This document shows, in pieces, positions 48,277 through 58,953 of a DNA stretch of 64,000 bases (positions are counted from its first letter, which is position 1; every line of letters starts with the position of its first letter). The notes under the pieces are model-generated. The model did not search any database, had not been told where the DNA came from, and worked only from the letters and a program-made list of their open reading frames with translations. Source of the DNA: Armatimonadota bacterium. GTDB taxonomy: Bacteria > Armatimonadota > JAAZEB01. A program made the translations under genes and the position numbers. The stretch covers positions 6,679 to 70,678 of the forward strand of contig JAAZEM010000118.1 in assembly GCA_012512265.1 (NCBI GenBank), in the 5' to 3' direction.

Positions 48277-49179
48277 ATGAGCGAACGTATACCGGTTCTC
48301 CTCGATACCGATATTGGCAGCGACATCGATGATGCCGTTTGCCTTTCCTACCTGCTCCGCCAGCCGCGCTGCGAGCTGGTTGGCGTGACGACGGCGACGG
48401 GGAATGTGGTCCAGCGCGCGGCGCTAGCCGCGGAGATCTGCCGTGCCGCCGGGCGCGACGACGTGCCGATTCATGCCGGCGCCCCCGGACCGCTCCTCTT
48501 CGGGCCGGGCCAGCCCAACGTGCCGCAGTACGAGGCGGTCGCCTCGCGCCCGCACCGCACCGACTTCCCGCCAGGCGCGGCGCTCGAGTTCATGCGCCAG
48601 ACGATCCGGCAACGCCCGGGCGAGATCGTGCTTCTGGCGATCGGCCCGATGACGAACCTCGGCCTGCTTTTCGCGGCGGATCCGGAGATCCCATCGCTCC
48701 TTAAGGAGCTGGTGCTGATGTGCGGCGTCTTCACCGCGGGGAACGGGCACGGCCCCGGCGCGCGCGAGTGGAACGCCTTTTGCGACCCGGTGGCCACGGC
48801 GATCACCTACCGCGCTCGCCCGCCGCGCTTCACCTCCATTGGCCTGGAAGTGACAACCCGCTGCATACTTGGCGCTGATGAATGCCGCGCCCGCTTCCAG
48901 AAGGCCGGCGGCCCGCTCAGCATCGTCGCGGAGATGGCGGAGGTCTGGTTCCGCGGCAGCCCGCGGATCACATTCCACGACCCACTTGCTGCCAGCGTGA
49001 TCTTCGAGGAAGGGCTGTGCCGCTATCAGGAGGGCCTGGTTGAAGTGGAGACGACCAGCCAGCGACTGGGCGGCCTGACGACATGGAATCCCAACTCCGA
49101 GGAGAAACCGCACCGCATCGCGGTCAGCGTCGACTCCGAGGCGTTCTTTGCGCACTACTTCGGGGTTGTGGGGGGATAG
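48277..49179 (+). CDS. Nucleoside hydrolase (IU-NH family)
   Basis: DTDIGSDIDDA, AIGPMTN, EWNAFCDP, FHDPL. Confidence 0.9.
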   Translation: MSERIPVLLDTDIGSDIDDAVCLSYLLRQPRCELVGVTTATGNVVQRAALAAEICRAAGRDDVPIHAGAPGPLLFGPGQPNVPQYEAVASRPHRTDFPPGAALEFMRQTIRQRPGEIVLLAIGPMTNLGLLFAADPEIPSLLKELVLMCGVFTAGNGHGPGAREWNAFCDPVATAITYRARPPRFTSIGLEVTTRCILGADECRARFQKAGGPLSIVAEMAEVWFRGSPRITFHDPLAASVIFEEGLCRYQEGLVEVETTSQRLGGLTTWNPNSEEKPHRIAVSVDSEAFFAHYFGVVGG

Positions 49180-49330
49180 ACGCACGCATCGCTTCGTGAG
49201 AAGGGGCATCCTGGAGTTGGGGCCGGCGCGGGATGCTCCAGAGACCAGGTATCCACGCGCAGAGCAAGGCGTGGCCGGGCGCCCAGCGTCGCTTCTCCCT
49301 TGCGGTGTATGTCTGGAGGTAGCTGTAGTG

Positions 49331-52300
49331 ATGATACGCATTCTGATGGCGCTGCTTCTGACGACCACGGCGGTCATCGCCGCCGAGGAGGTGGTCGGCA
49401 AGCGCCCCTATGAGATGGAGTGGGCCAATCGAACAGAGGACCATCAGCCACCCCTGGTCGATTTTGAGGACATTTCGGGGTGGAAGGTGGAAGGCCACAA
49501 CTCCGTGGCAAGCCTGGTCCGCACCCGTGAGCAGCAGCTGTGGGGCAAGTACGTCGCCAAGCTCACCTACCGGGCCACGGCCAGCGGCGGCCCAGAGGTG
49601 CGGATCATGCCTCCACAGCCGATCCCGATCACGCGCCCGTTTGATGCCGTCACCCTCTGGGTTTATGGCAACACCTGGGGCTACGCGCGTGACGTCACGA
49701 CCCCTTCCGTTGGGATTACGGCGCTCTTCGAGGATGCCCAGGGGGAGGAGTTCGGTGTCTACCTCTATCATGTGGACTGGAAGGAGTGGAATCTCCTCCA
49801 TAAGCGCCTGACTCCGGAGCAGATCGCGCGCGCTGAGAAGGGCGCCCGCTTCAAGGGAATCGCGATCACCGGCGGCAGGAACAAGGAAGACCGCGTCCTC
49901 TACTTCGACAACCTGGCTGTTTACAAAGAAGAGTTCGCGCCGTTGAAGTTCGAGCCGCGGCCCCAGCGCGGCATCCCGATGTTCCCCGGGCAGTCGGTGG
50001 GCACCAACACCGATCCCAACAAGAAGCTCCCCTTCCCGAATCGCCTGGAGACGATCCTGCCGGACAACCTGGCCAAGGAGTTCAAGACTTACTTCAGAGC
50101 GGAGAGCGCGGCCTACGTCTTCTCTTACGTGGGCTCTGATGGGAAGCTGACCTACCGCCTGGAGCCAAAGACGGGCACGTGGAGCGATATCACGGCGCAG
50201 TGGACGCCCGCGAATGGGAAGCCGGGCCCCGTGATCCGGCCGTGCATGGGCGGTGGGGTCTATCTGCAGACGCCGGATGGCCCGAAGGCCCCGGAGAAGA
50301 TCGAGCTTCTGTCGGCGCGTGTCGAAAACAACGTCCCCACGCTTCGCTACCGCGTCGCCGTGGGTGGGGTTTCGGCGGAGGTGACCTACGCCTATCGGCT
50401 TTGGAACAAGTCGCTGGTGATCGATACCATCTGCCTGGGCGGGCAGGTGGGCGAGGTGCGCTACGGGCGTGCCCTTGGCCTGGAGAACCCGCGGCTCGTG
50501 ACGAATCCGTACTACCGCGCCGAGGGCGGGCGGCCTGCCGTGGCGGTCTCGGGCCCCGCGAGCGCGCCCCTCTTCTTGACGGGGAACACCGACTGGTACC
50601 TCTCCAACGCCTCCTCGATGTGGGCGGCAAATGAGATCACCGCGGATGGCGTCCTCTACAACGGTGGGACGCGCTACAATCCCAAGACGGATGGCAAGCG
50701 CAACGACTGCTACGACCGCTTCTTCATCACCCTGTCGCCCTTCTACGAGGAGATGCTTCCCTCGATCCCCAATCCAGAATCGCCCTGGAAGCACATCACT
50801 GGAACGCGCCTTTGGCGGGCCCACGGCGCCAGCAACCGTGAGCATGACGCGCGCTACTGGACGGAATGTCACCGCTGGGGGATGACTCAGGTGGTGGTGA
50901 CCGACCATGAGACGGGGTGGCGCGATGGCGGCGAGAGTTTCACCTTCCGCACGAAACCCGCGCCTGGCAAGGGGGGCGATAAGGGCCAGTATGATTACGC
51001 CCGCCTGATGCAGGATACCCTGGGATTCGTCTACGGCCCCTACAACAACTTCACCGACTTCGCACCGGTGAATGAGTACTGGCACACCGATATGGTGAGC
51101 CGGACTTCCGATAACCAGCTCCAGCACGCATGGATGCGCTGCTACGCGCCCAAGCCGGCGCGTGCTGTGGAGTTTTGCGAGCGGCTGGCGCCGCAGATCC
51201 AGGAGAAGTTCCGGTTTAGCACCGCTTACTGCGACGTGCATACCGCCGTGGCCCCCTGGACCCGCGTGGACTACGATGCTCGCGTGCCCGGGGCGGGCAC
51301 CATGGCGGCCACTTTCTACGCCTTTGGCGAGATCATGCTCCTCCAGAAGAAGGCATGGAACGGCCCCGTCTATTCCGAGGGGAACCACCACTCCTTCTAT
51401 AGTGGCCTCACCGATGGCAACTACGCCCAGGACCAGAACTACCGCATCGCCGAGAACCCCTGGCTGGTGGACTTCGATCTCCGCAAGATGCACGACCTCT
51501 GCTGCAACTTTGGGATGGGAAGCCCCTCGATGTTCTATACCCAGGAGGGCTTCCGAACGATGCGGGAGGTTGATGCGGATACCTGGCTCGACCGCTTCCT
51601 GGCGGCCACGGTGGCGTTTGGCCACCCCGGCTTCCTCACCTTCGAGGGCGGCATCCAGAACGCGCTTCGCAGCTACTACATGCTCCAGCAGCTGCATAGC
51701 CGCTACTGCCTGGAGAGCGCTTCCGAGATCCGCTATGCCGACGCAAACGGCCAGCTGCTGAACACCTCTCAGGCGGTCGCCTCGGGCGCCTACAAGCGCT
51801 CCCAGGTCGTCACGCGCTACTCGAAGGGCACCGTCACCGTGGTGAACGGCAGCCCCACCGAGCGCATGGTCGTTACGGCTTATGGCCGCAAGCTGGACCT
51901 CCCGCCCAACGGCTATTGCGGGTGGACCGCCGATGGCGCGATCGAAGTGATCAGCAGCGATCCAGGCGGGCGCCGCTGTGACTACGCCGTGACCCCCGCC
52001 TACATCTACGTGGATGGCCGCGGCCATTTCGCGCGCTTCCCGAAGGCGGGCGGAAATGGCATCGGTATCTGCCGGATTCTGGGCAAGGGCCAGTATGAGG
52101 TTCTCCTCCACAAGGATGCCGATTGCGGCTTTGCTATTCAGGCATCGAGCGCCGTGGCGCTCGACCGAGAGCGCAAGCCGATCGGGCCGGCGAAGCTGCG
52201 CACGTCGCGCGGCCTCACCTACGTGATTCCCGTGGAGGGTGCCTTCAGCTACCTCCTCACCGCGGGCAAGGCGGCGCCCGTGGCGCTTTCGAGCGACCGG

Positions 52301-53683
52301 GCGGAGGTCTTCGCTGGCGAGCGCGTGGTGGTGCGCGGAAAGCAGCGCCACGAGGTGCTGATCCCGTCCGATGCCGTTCCGGGCCAGCGGATCTGGGTGC
52401 AGAAGGAAGGCAGCTGGATCGACTTCACCGTCGTGCCCCTGGTTGAGGCGGACGCGACACTGGCGGGGAACACCGTGCGCGTCACCCTGACGAGCAACAT
52501 GCCGCGGCCTGCGCAGTTCCTCGTGAAGATGGCGGGTAAGGAGCAGAGAGTCCGCCTGGAGCCGCGCACGCCTGGAACCGTCAGCGTCGATCTTGGGCAG
52601 CCGGCCGAAGAATCGGCGGATGTGCTGGCGATTGAGGTAAGCACTGGCGAGCTGAGCCAGCGCTTCGAGCGCGGACTATGCACGCTGCGCGCCGTGGCGC
52701 CGCTGGTGGAGCTTCCGGAGAAGTGGACTGCCGGCATGTGCCTTCGCGGCGGCAAGGAGACGACTGACTTTGGGCAGACAAGGGCCGCCGTTTCCGACCG
52801 GGATCTCACCTCTGGAGAGGTGATCAAGAGAGCAATCTTTATGCACCCACCCTATATCGGTGGCACGGGATACTGCTTTGCCCTCTACGATCCGGTGACG
52901 CTTCCAGCCACGCCCGCGGCTGCTTTCCGCGCGGTGGTGGGCAAGGGCGACGGCAGCTATGACGGCGATGGCATCCTCTACAAGCTGGTAGTCGTCGATG
53001 AGGCCGGCCAGGAGAAGGTGGTCGCCGAGAAGCTGGTCACCAAGCACGAGTGGACGCCAATCGAGGCGGACCTGAGCCCCTGGGCGGGGAAGAAGATCCG
53101 CCTGAAGCTGATCTCGGATGTGGGCCCGGCGGATGATTCCTCCGGCGACTGGGCCGGCTGGGCCGAGATGCGCATCGAGACGCTGGCACCGAAGCTCTAC
53201 CGCATCCTCGATCCGGACGCGGAGGCCTACCGCCGGCTCCCGGCGCCCTATCCCGCGACCGGCCTGACCGTGGCCGACCTGCGCCAGGCGAAGTCGGGAT
53301 GGCTCCGCTACGACGGCAAGGGGCTTGCCGGAACCGGGGAGTACGCGACGGAGGCGGTGCTCAACGGCATCTCCCTCGGGCACATGGCCCCGGCGGGAGG
53401 CAGCGAGACCAACGGTATCTTCGAGGAGCGCGTGGGTGTGCGGCTCACCCCGGAAGCAATCCGCTCTCTCGGGGTGCGCAACCGGTTCGCCATCCGCAAC
53501 CCGCGGCACGATTGCTTCAGCGTGCGCCGCTTCTGGATCGAGCTAGAGCTGGCCGATGGGCGGCGCGCCTCCTCTGAGATCACCGCGGCGACCTACTCTC
53601 AGCCGGTCGGGTGGCTGTACGCGGAGGGCATCAGCGTGCCGGAGAACGCCGAGATCACCGTCGATATCTGGTTCCGCTTCTAA
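49331..53683 (+). CDS. Very large secreted protein, probable glycoside hydrolase-like with NPCBM-like module
   Basis: Signal peptide after GGAGGT RBS; YCDVHT and YSEG central motifs; IFMHPP...GDGSYDGDGI...DSSGDWAGW module. Confidence 0.7.
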   Translation: MIRILMALLLTTTAVIAAEEVVGKRPYEMEWANRTEDHQPPLVDFEDISGWKVEGHNSVASLVRTREQQLWGKYVAKLTYRATASGGPEVRIMPPQPIPITRPFDAVTLWVYGNTWGYARDVTTPSVGITALFEDAQGEEFGVYLYHVDWKEWNLLHKRLTPEQIARAEKGARFKGIAITGGRNKEDRVLYFDNLAVYKEEFAPLKFEPRPQRGIPMFPGQSVGTNTDPNKKLPFPNRLETILPDNLAKEFKTYFRAESAAYVFSYVGSDGKLTYRLEPKTGTWSDITAQWTPANGKPGPVIRPCMGGGVYLQTPDGPKAPEKIELLSARVENNVPTLRYRVAVGGVSAEVTYAYRLWNKSLVIDTICLGGQVGEVRYGRALGLENPRLVTNPYYRAEGGRPAVAVSGPASAPLFLTGNTDWYLSNASSMWAANEITADGVLYNGGTRYNPKTDGKRNDCYDRFFITLSPFYEEMLPSIPNPESPWKHITGTRLWRAHGASNREHDARYWTECHRWGMTQVVVTDHETGWRDGGESFTFRTKPAPGKGGDKGQYDYARLMQDTLGFVYGPYNNFTDFAPVNEYWHTDMVSRTSDNQLQHAWMRCYAPKPARAVEFCERLAPQIQEKFRFSTAYCDVHTAVAPWTRVDYDARVPGAGTMAATFYAFGEIMLLQKKAWNGPVYSEGNHHSFYSGLTDGNYAQDQNYRIAENPWLVDFDLRKMHDLCCNFGMGSPSMFYTQEGFRTMREVDADTWLDRFLAATVAFGHPGFLTFEGGIQNALRSYYMLQQLHSRYCLESASEIRYADANGQLLNTSQAVASGAYKRSQVVTRYSKGTVTVVNGSPTERMVVTAYGRKLDLPPNGYCGWTADGAIEVISSDPGGRRCDYAVTPAYIYVDGRGHFARFPKAGGNGIGICRILGKGQYEVLLHKDADCGFAIQASSAVALDRERKPIGPAKLRTSRGLTYVIPVEGAFSYLLTAGKAAPVALSSDRAEVFAGERVVVRGKQRHEVLIPSDAVPGQRIWVQKEGSWIDFTVVPLVEADATLAGNTVRVTLTSNMPRPAQFLVKMAGKEQRVRLEPRTPGTVSVDLGQPAEESADVLAIEVSTGELSQRFERGLCTLRAVAPLVELPEKWTAGMCLRGGKETTDFGQTRAAVSDRDLTSGEVIKRAIFMHPPYIGGTGYCFALYDPVTLPATPAAAFRAVVGKGDGSYDGDGILYKLVVVDEAGQEKVVAEKLVTKHEWTPIEADLSPWAGKKIRLKLISDVGPADDSSGDWAGWAEMRIETLAPKLYRILDPDAEAYRRLPAPYPATGLTVADLRQAKSGWLRYDGKGLAGTGEYATEAVLNGISLGHMAPAGGSETNGIFEERVGVRLTPEAIRSLGVRNRFAIRNPRHDCFSVRRFWIELELADGRRASSEITAATYSQPVGWLYAEGISVPENAEITVDIWFRF

Positions 53684-53897
53684 CACGGCTTCATGTCCGT
53701 TCATCCCCTGCGTGTGGGCGAGCCCCCGCGGTTCGCCCGCACGCGGCCCTGTTCAGGTGCGCCTGGGAGACCGACCCGGGATTTTGCTTCTGAGGCTTTG
53801 CGCCCACCGGGATCAAGGGGGAGCGCCTGGTAATGGAACGTGCCACGATGAGGAGGCCACCGTAGGGAACACTGGTCTGGCTTGTGGGGTAGTCTCG

Positions 53898-54278
53898 ATG
53901 TCTGTGCCATGCCGTGTGCTGTTGGTAGACGATGAAGAGGATGCTTGCGTCGTTCTGGGGGATGTCCTGGAGTGCTATGGATGCGAGGTACGCACCGTGT
54001 GCGATCCGGCGGAGGCGTTGCGTATTGGATCCTCCGAAACGTTTGACCTGGTGGTCCTCGACATTCGTATGCCGGAGATTGATGGCATCGAAGTGTTGCG
54101 CCGGATCCGTTCGCGTGGTCACCGAGAGATTGTGATGCTTACCGGCTTCATCGATGATGATCTGGAGGCCAAGGCGCGCCACGAAGGCGCCGCCGCGGTT
54201 CTCCACAAGCCGGTGGATGTGGATGCTCTCCTCGCGCGGATCGATGCGTTGCGCCAGGAAACGGGTAGGCAAGCCTGA
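53898..54278 (+). CDS. Single-domain response regulator (CheY-like receiver)
   Basis: LLVDDEE, LDIRMPEIDG, MLTG, HKPVD. Confidence 0.88.
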   Translation: MSVPCRVLLVDDEEDACVVLGDVLECYGCEVRTVCDPAEALRIGSSETFDLVVLDIRMPEIDGIEVLRRIRSRGHREIVMLTGFIDDDLEAKARHEGAAAVLHKPVDVDALLARIDALRQETGRQA

Positions 54279-54386
54279 AGGTAACCGCCTCGCTGCGCGC
54301 CCGCCCGCAAAGGGGGATAAAACCCGGGGGCTCTGGTGTGGGAGATGCGGTTTTCGCCACTCAAAACCGGGGTAAATCAGAGTGAC

Positions 54387-54620
54387 ATGGCGAATACCAG
54401 AGGGCGGAACACCCAGGAACCAGAAACGGGACCAGAGCGAATTGAACGATTGCCGGGCGAGTTGGAGTCGGCGATGTACACCGGCACCAGCGATGGCGAG
54501 CCAGCCCCGGGCCCGGCGGAGCTGGGGCCACTCCCGGACCGGGAGGAAGTGCTGGAGGTCTTCCAGGAAGCGGATAGACTGATCGCGGAGCAATCTGAGG
54601 CCGAGCCCCAGGCTGGTTGA
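54387..54620 (+). CDS. Hypothetical acidic protein
   Basis: 77-aa ORF abutting the next ORF. Confidence 0.4.
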   Translation: MANTRGRNTQEPETGPERIERLPGELESAMYTGTSDGEPAPGPAELGPLPDREEVLEVFQEADRLIAEQSEAEPQAG

Positions 54621-55078
54621 TGGCCTTCAGGTCGAACGGGGGTGGCATGGTGACATCCTACCTGGAGACGCTACGGGAAGTGGCAAAGCACCCGGTGATC
54701 TCGCAGACGGTGAAGCGCTACTCGCTCGAGATGGGAGTGGTCTTCCCAGACCTGACCGATCCGAAGGGGCTGATGCAGCTGATAGAGAGCCTCTTTTCGC
54801 CCGAAAACTCCGAAACGGTGCGTTCGGAGAGCGGCCTGGAACGGGTGCTCGGTCTCTTCATCGACGAGGCGAAGGTGCGCGCCGCGGCGAACGAGCAAGC
54901 CTCGATGGCCCTTGCTCGTACCCTGGTCCTCCTGGAAGTGTACGATGGCGAGCTGGCCCGCCTGGGCCTCGATCCCGGCGAGAAGATGGATAGCCTGATC
55001 ACCAAGGCGCTCCTGGTCGAGCTCATGCTCAGCGCGATCCGAAAATACGCCTTCTCCGTCAAGGCCGCGCACGATTGA
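54620..55078 (+). CDS. Hypothetical helical protein
   Basis: Protein-like composition; start at 54620 or 54647. Confidence 0.6.
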   Translation: MAFRSNGGGMVTSYLETLREVAKHPVISQTVKRYSLEMGVVFPDLTDPKGLMQLIESLFSPENSETVRSESGLERVLGLFIDEAKVRAAANEQASMALARTLVLLEVYDGELARLGLDPGEKMDSLITKALLVELMLSAIRKYAFSVKAAHD

Positions 55079-55091
55079 TGCAGCGAGCGCT

Positions 55092-55328
55092 TCACCGCCT
55101 GCTCAACAAGCGGAGCAGCCACATCAACGGCGATGGCCGCTCCTTCGGACTGGCGCGGATCGGTGCCTCCTGGCGCCCGCCCTGCTGGGCGCGGTCCGCA
55201 AGGGCTCTCCTAACCTCCTCCAGTAACGCTGGCTGTACGACCAGTTTCAGCCAGGCGGCATCGACCTCGTCCTTCGTTGGGTAGAGCGGGTCATCAGGAT
55301 TCGATTGGTCTCCAGGTATCTGGTTCAC
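55092..55328 (-). CDS. Hypothetical small protein
   Basis: GTG after GAAGGGG; 78 aa. Confidence 0.4.
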   Translation of the reverse strand: MNQIPGDQSNPDDPLYPTKDEVDAAWLKLVVQPALLEEVRRALADRAQQGGRQEAPIRASPKERPSPLMWLLRLLSRR

Positions 55329-55413
55329 GGGTTCCCCTTCCCCCAACGCGGGGCGTCGCGAGGAGTTGCTGCCCCTTGCAGCAGCGACGCCCCTTACCAG
55401 ATACGTGGCGCCA

Positions 55414-56058
55414 TTACACCTGCTGGCGTGCGCGAGCCACAACATCCGCCAGCGCCCGCGCGGCGGCACGGGGATCCGCCACCGCCATAATGGCAGAGAC
55501 GACGGCGATGCCATCTGCGCCCGCGCGGACCACGGCCGCTGCGTTTTCCGCCTTGATCCCCCCGATGGCAACGAGGGGAAGGGAGACGGCGGCGCGGATG
55601 GCACGCAGGCCGTCGATCCCCGTGGCCGGAGGCGTGTCCGTCTTAGTTGGCGTGTCGAAGATCGGACTGATTCCGAGGTAGTCGGCGCCGTCTCGCGCGG
55701 CGGCCTGTGCCTCCGCCGTGGTGCTCACGGAGATGCCGATGAGGAAGTTGGGGCCGGCGATGTGCCGTGCCTCGACGCAGGGGAGATCCCCCTGGCCCAG
55801 GTGAACTCCATCGGCGCCGGCGGCCAGTGCGATATCGAGGCGATCGTTGATGATGAGCGGGATTCCCAGGGGACGGAGCCGCTCGCGCAGAGCCCTGGCG
55901 CGCTCGTAGTAAGCGCGGCTCTCCGCATGCTTCTCGCGCAGCTGGACACACGTGACCCCGCCTGCCACCGCCTCGGCCACGATCCACTCGATGCTCCGCC
56001 CGCCGGCCAGTGCATCGTCCGTGACGAGATAGAGCGAGTAGTCGGGCGAGCGGCTCAC
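55414..56058 (-). CDS. thiE: Thiamine-phosphate synthase
   Basis: [42 protein letters not shown]. Confidence 0.96.
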   Translation of the reverse strand: MSRSPDYSLYLVTDDALAGGRSIEWIVAEAVAGGVTCVQLREKHAESRAYYERARALRERLRPLGIPLIINDRLDIALAAGADGVHLGQGDLPCVEARHIAGPNFLIGISVSTTAEAQAAARDGADYLGISPIFDTPTKTDTPPATGIDGLRAIRAAVSLPLVAIGGIKAENAAAVVRAGADGIAVVSAIMAVADPRAAARALADVVARARQQV

Positions 56059-56876
56059 TCCGCGGCCTCCTCCACCTTGATTCGCGCGCCCTCGTGCACG
56101 TGCTCGGCCGTCACCTCATCCAGGGCGTCAAACAGGCGGATTCCGAAGGTGCCAGGGCGGGGGGCGCCCGATGCGGCGATCTCACCCGCCAGTCCGAAGA
56201 CCACGAGTGCTGCCGCGGCGGCTTTCAGGGGGTCACGCTCCACGGCGCAGAAAGCGGCGGTGATCGCCGAAGCGGCGCAGCCGGTGCCGGTGACGCGGGC
56301 CATCAGAGCGTGCCCGTTGGCGACGCGCGCCGTGCGCTGCCCATCGGTGAGGAAATCCTCCGCGCCGGTTACCGCGACGACGATGCCATGCGCTCGTGCC
56401 AGTTGGATCGCCGTCTGCCGGGCCTGGTCCACAGTGTGAGCGGCATCCACCCCGCGCGCGCCTCCCTCCCCCGCGCCCAGGGCGAGAATTTCCGAGGCGT
56501 TGCCCCGAAGCACGGAGGGATGGAGCTCTTCCAGCAGGCGCCGGCTGGTATCGGTGCGCAGGCGCGTGGCTCCGGCTCCGACGGGGTCGAGCACGATCGG
56601 GATGCCCAGATCACAGGCGCGCCGCCCCGCGCGGAACATCCCCGCGATCCAGGGGCCCGAGAGGGTGCCGATGTTGAGGACGAGCGCGCCGGAGAGCGCT
56701 ACCAGCTCCTCGACCTCCTCCACCGCATGCGCCATCACCGGCGAGGCGCCCAAGGCTAGCAGCGCGTTTGCCGTCGAGTTCATCACGACGTAGTTGGTGA
56801 TGTTGTGTACCAGGGGGCGCTTCTCGCGTAGCTGATCGAGTGCCCCGGCAATCTCATCACGCCAATCCACTTGCAT
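56055..56876 (-). CDS. thiM: Hydroxyethylthiazole kinase
   Basis: [44 protein letters not shown]. Confidence 0.96.
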   Translation of the reverse strand: MQVDWRDEIAGALDQLREKRPLVHNITNYVVMNSTANALLALGASPVMAHAVEEVEELVALSGALVLNIGTLSGPWIAGMFRAGRRACDLGIPIVLDPVGAGATRLRTDTSRRLLEELHPSVLRGNASEILALGAGEGGARGVDAAHTVDQARQTAIQLARAHGIVVAVTGAEDFLTDGQRTARVANGHALMARVTGTGCAASAITAAFCAVERDPLKAAAAALVVFGLAGEIAASGAPRPGTFGIRLFDALDEVTAEHVHEGARIKVEEAAE

Positions 56877-56924
56877 CCTCCTGCTCCTCATAGAATGCCT
56901 CGCTATGGTCTCAACGGTCGAGAG

Positions 56925-57020
56925 ATCGTACCATGCGGGCGAGCGTCCTGTCAACCGGTGCAGAGGGGGTGGGAACTGAGCGAACGGGCTGTTGACAGAC
57001 GTTCGCAGAGGTGGTAGAGT
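56925..57020. promoter_or_regulatory. Back-to-back divergent sigma70 promoters
   Basis: Minus: TTGACA-18-TACGAT (56925-56954); plus: TTGACA-17-TAGAGT (56992-57020); both with extended -10 TG. Confidence 0.65.
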
Positions 57021-57191
57021 GATAGGCAGTCTAGCGGCTTTCTGTTCACGTTCCCTTCGGATTGCGTCTCCTGGCCTTGGTGAAGTGCAGCCTGGGAAGG
57101 GGAGCGCGCGCTTCCCAGCCGAAAGAGAGATCCGAGGGGGGAAGGCCAGTGTTCCACTTGGTGGCGCGCCGCGACTCAAGGAGGCAGAGCA

Positions 57192-57962
57192 ATGAAGATA
57201 CGCAGACAGTTGCGTCCCGGTTTCACTCTTATCGAGCTGCTCGTGGTCATCGCCATTATCGCTATCCTGGCAGCGATCCTCTTCCCGGTCTTCGCGCGTG
57301 CCCGGGAGAATGCGCGCAAGGCGAATTGCCAGAGCAACTTAAAGCAGATTGGGTTGGCTTTTCAGCAGTACCGCCAGGACTATGACGAGACGTGGCCCTA
57401 TACACCGGGCACTGATACTTCCGATATCGATGTTGCGCTCGGCCGTTCCCGCTGGGTGGGCTGGGTGGGCAACGTGTTGATGCCCTACGTTAAGAACACC
57501 GGGATCTTCGCGTGTCCCAGCGATCCCTTGAACCAGCTGAACGTGGCGAAAGGCGTGCCGAATCCCATCCCGGCGCAGTATCAGGGGAGAATCTTCAAAG
57601 TCTCCTACAGCTACAACTACGCGGGCATTGATAACGATGCGTCGAACAGGGAGAGCCCGCCCGGGTGTGGCCGCGCGGATGCCGCCCTGGTGCGCCCCTC
57701 GGAGCTGGCGGTGATGTGGGACAGCCAGAACCGCTGGGCAGGTGGCCAGGAGCTGTGGACGCGCGATATCGCCCAGTTCAACGCGGGGAACCTCCAGTAC
57801 GGCTGCCGGCATAGCGGGATGGCGAACTTCCTCTTCGCGGATGGGCACGTGAAGGCGGACCGGTTCGACAAGATGAAGTATCGCAACTTCTGCAACCTCC
57901 CGGATGGCGACGCGAAGCTGGACCAGCCGGTGACGAACGCCATCACCTGGGTGTACCCCTGA
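57192..57962 (+). CDS. Prepilin-type N-terminal cleavage/methylation protein (DUF1559, H-X9-DG C-terminus)
   Basis: [60 protein letters not shown]. Confidence 0.93.
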   Translation: MKIRRQLRPGFTLIELLVVIAIIAILAAILFPVFARARENARKANCQSNLKQIGLAFQQYRQDYDETWPYTPGTDTSDIDVALGRSRWVGWVGNVLMPYVKNTGIFACPSDPLNQLNVAKGVPNPIPAQYQGRIFKVSYSYNYAGIDNDASNRESPPGCGRADAALVRPSELAVMWDSQNRWAGGQELWTRDIAQFNAGNLQYGCRHSGMANFLFADGHVKADRFDKMKYRNFCNLPDGDAKLDQPVTNAITWVYP

Positions 57963-57980
57963 GCAAACGGGTCCTATTGG

Positions 57981-58015
57981 GCGCGGGGCGCGGCAAAGTT
58001 CGCCGCGCCCCGTGC
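57981..58015. terminator. Hairpin between convergent genes
   Basis: GCGCGGGGCGCGGC...GCCGCGCCCCGTGC stem. Confidence 0.6.
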
Positions 58016-58037
58016 GACTCTTCTCTCTCCTACCGCG

Positions 58038-58877
58038 TTACTCCCCGTAGACTGCCTTTCGGATGAAGGCGACGGCCGGCGCGGGATCCTCCAGGCCGTG
58101 GGGATGGTGCTTCTGGCCAGGTTTGATGATCACCGTGATCGGCCCGCCTAGCTGCTCGTAGCGCTCGCGCAGGATCGCGGTGTTTTCCTCGTAGGGCACC
58201 GCTTCATCCGCGTCGCCGCAGATGTGAAGCAGAGGCACGCGCCGCTCGGCGAGAGGCTTCAGAATCGCCCAGTCCAGCGGATTGCGGTCGTAGGCCAGCG
58301 CTTCGGCCTCGTCGCGAAAGCCGTAGTCCGCGATGAGCTTCTTCCAGTCGTTGGGGCTGCCGGGCGCCCTGCCTTTGCCGGCCGGCCAGCTCTTGATGTC
58401 GCAGACGGGGTTGTCGCCCAGGATGCACGCCACTTTGTCCGGGTGGCTGGCACCCCAATGATAGACGTAGAGCCCGCCGCGGCTGAGCCCTTCCAGGACA
58501 ACCCGCTCCATCAGCCCGTGCCGGTTCACCAGGGTTTCGTAGAAGACGTCGAAGTGCGCCATGGCGCTTGGACAACCGAAGGTGTTTCCCACGTTCATGT
58601 AGGCGAGATGGAAGCCCTCCTTCAGGAGCGCCAGGTCGATCTGCGGGAAAGCGTCGAAGAACTCCGCGCGCCAGATCCAGGGCCGCCCGGGAAGGGCCGC
58701 CGTGGGAAGGACCACGGTGCAGGCGCAGCCATCCAGCGTGAAATCGTGGCGCTCGTAGCCGTGATACTCCCCTGCTTCCCCGGGCCACGGCGCGATCTCC
58801 CCGGCTCCCTCGCGGGCGCCCGCGCAGATCCCGCCCGTTACCATCAGGAGGTGCGCGGCGGTCAGGTCCAGCTTCAT
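58038..58877 (-). CDS. Alpha/beta hydrolase
   Basis: PWIWRAEFF, GLSRGG nucleophile elbow, GDADEAVP, HHPHG. Confidence 0.85.
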   Translation of the reverse strand: MKLDLTAAHLLMVTGGICAGAREGAGEIAPWPGEAGEYHGYERHDFTLDGCACTVVLPTAALPGRPWIWRAEFFDAFPQIDLALLKEGFHLAYMNVGNTFGCPSAMAHFDVFYETLVNRHGLMERVVLEGLSRGGLYVYHWGASHPDKVACILGDNPVCDIKSWPAGKGRAPGSPNDWKKLIADYGFRDEAEALAYDRNPLDWAILKPLAERRVPLLHICGDADEAVPYEENTAILRERYEQLGGPITVIIKPGQKHHPHGLEDPAPAVAFIRKAVYGE

Positions 58878-58953
58878 ATCTCCTCTTTTCGTCACAAGCG
58901 GCGCCCCGCTTCCAGAAGCAGGGCGCCGCTTCCGGCGTTCATGGCGACGCCGG

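Noticed and set aside
49124-52351. Long antisense ORFs (also 29660-32245, 59761-62241, 12624-14582, 19663-21333, 42703-44268)
   Set aside because: Shadow ORFs opposite well-supported genes in high-GC DNA, with no recognisable motifs
57192-57962. Type IV pilus or T2SS locus
   Set aside because: A solitary DUF1559-type gene with no assembly genes nearby; such paralogs are typically dispersed
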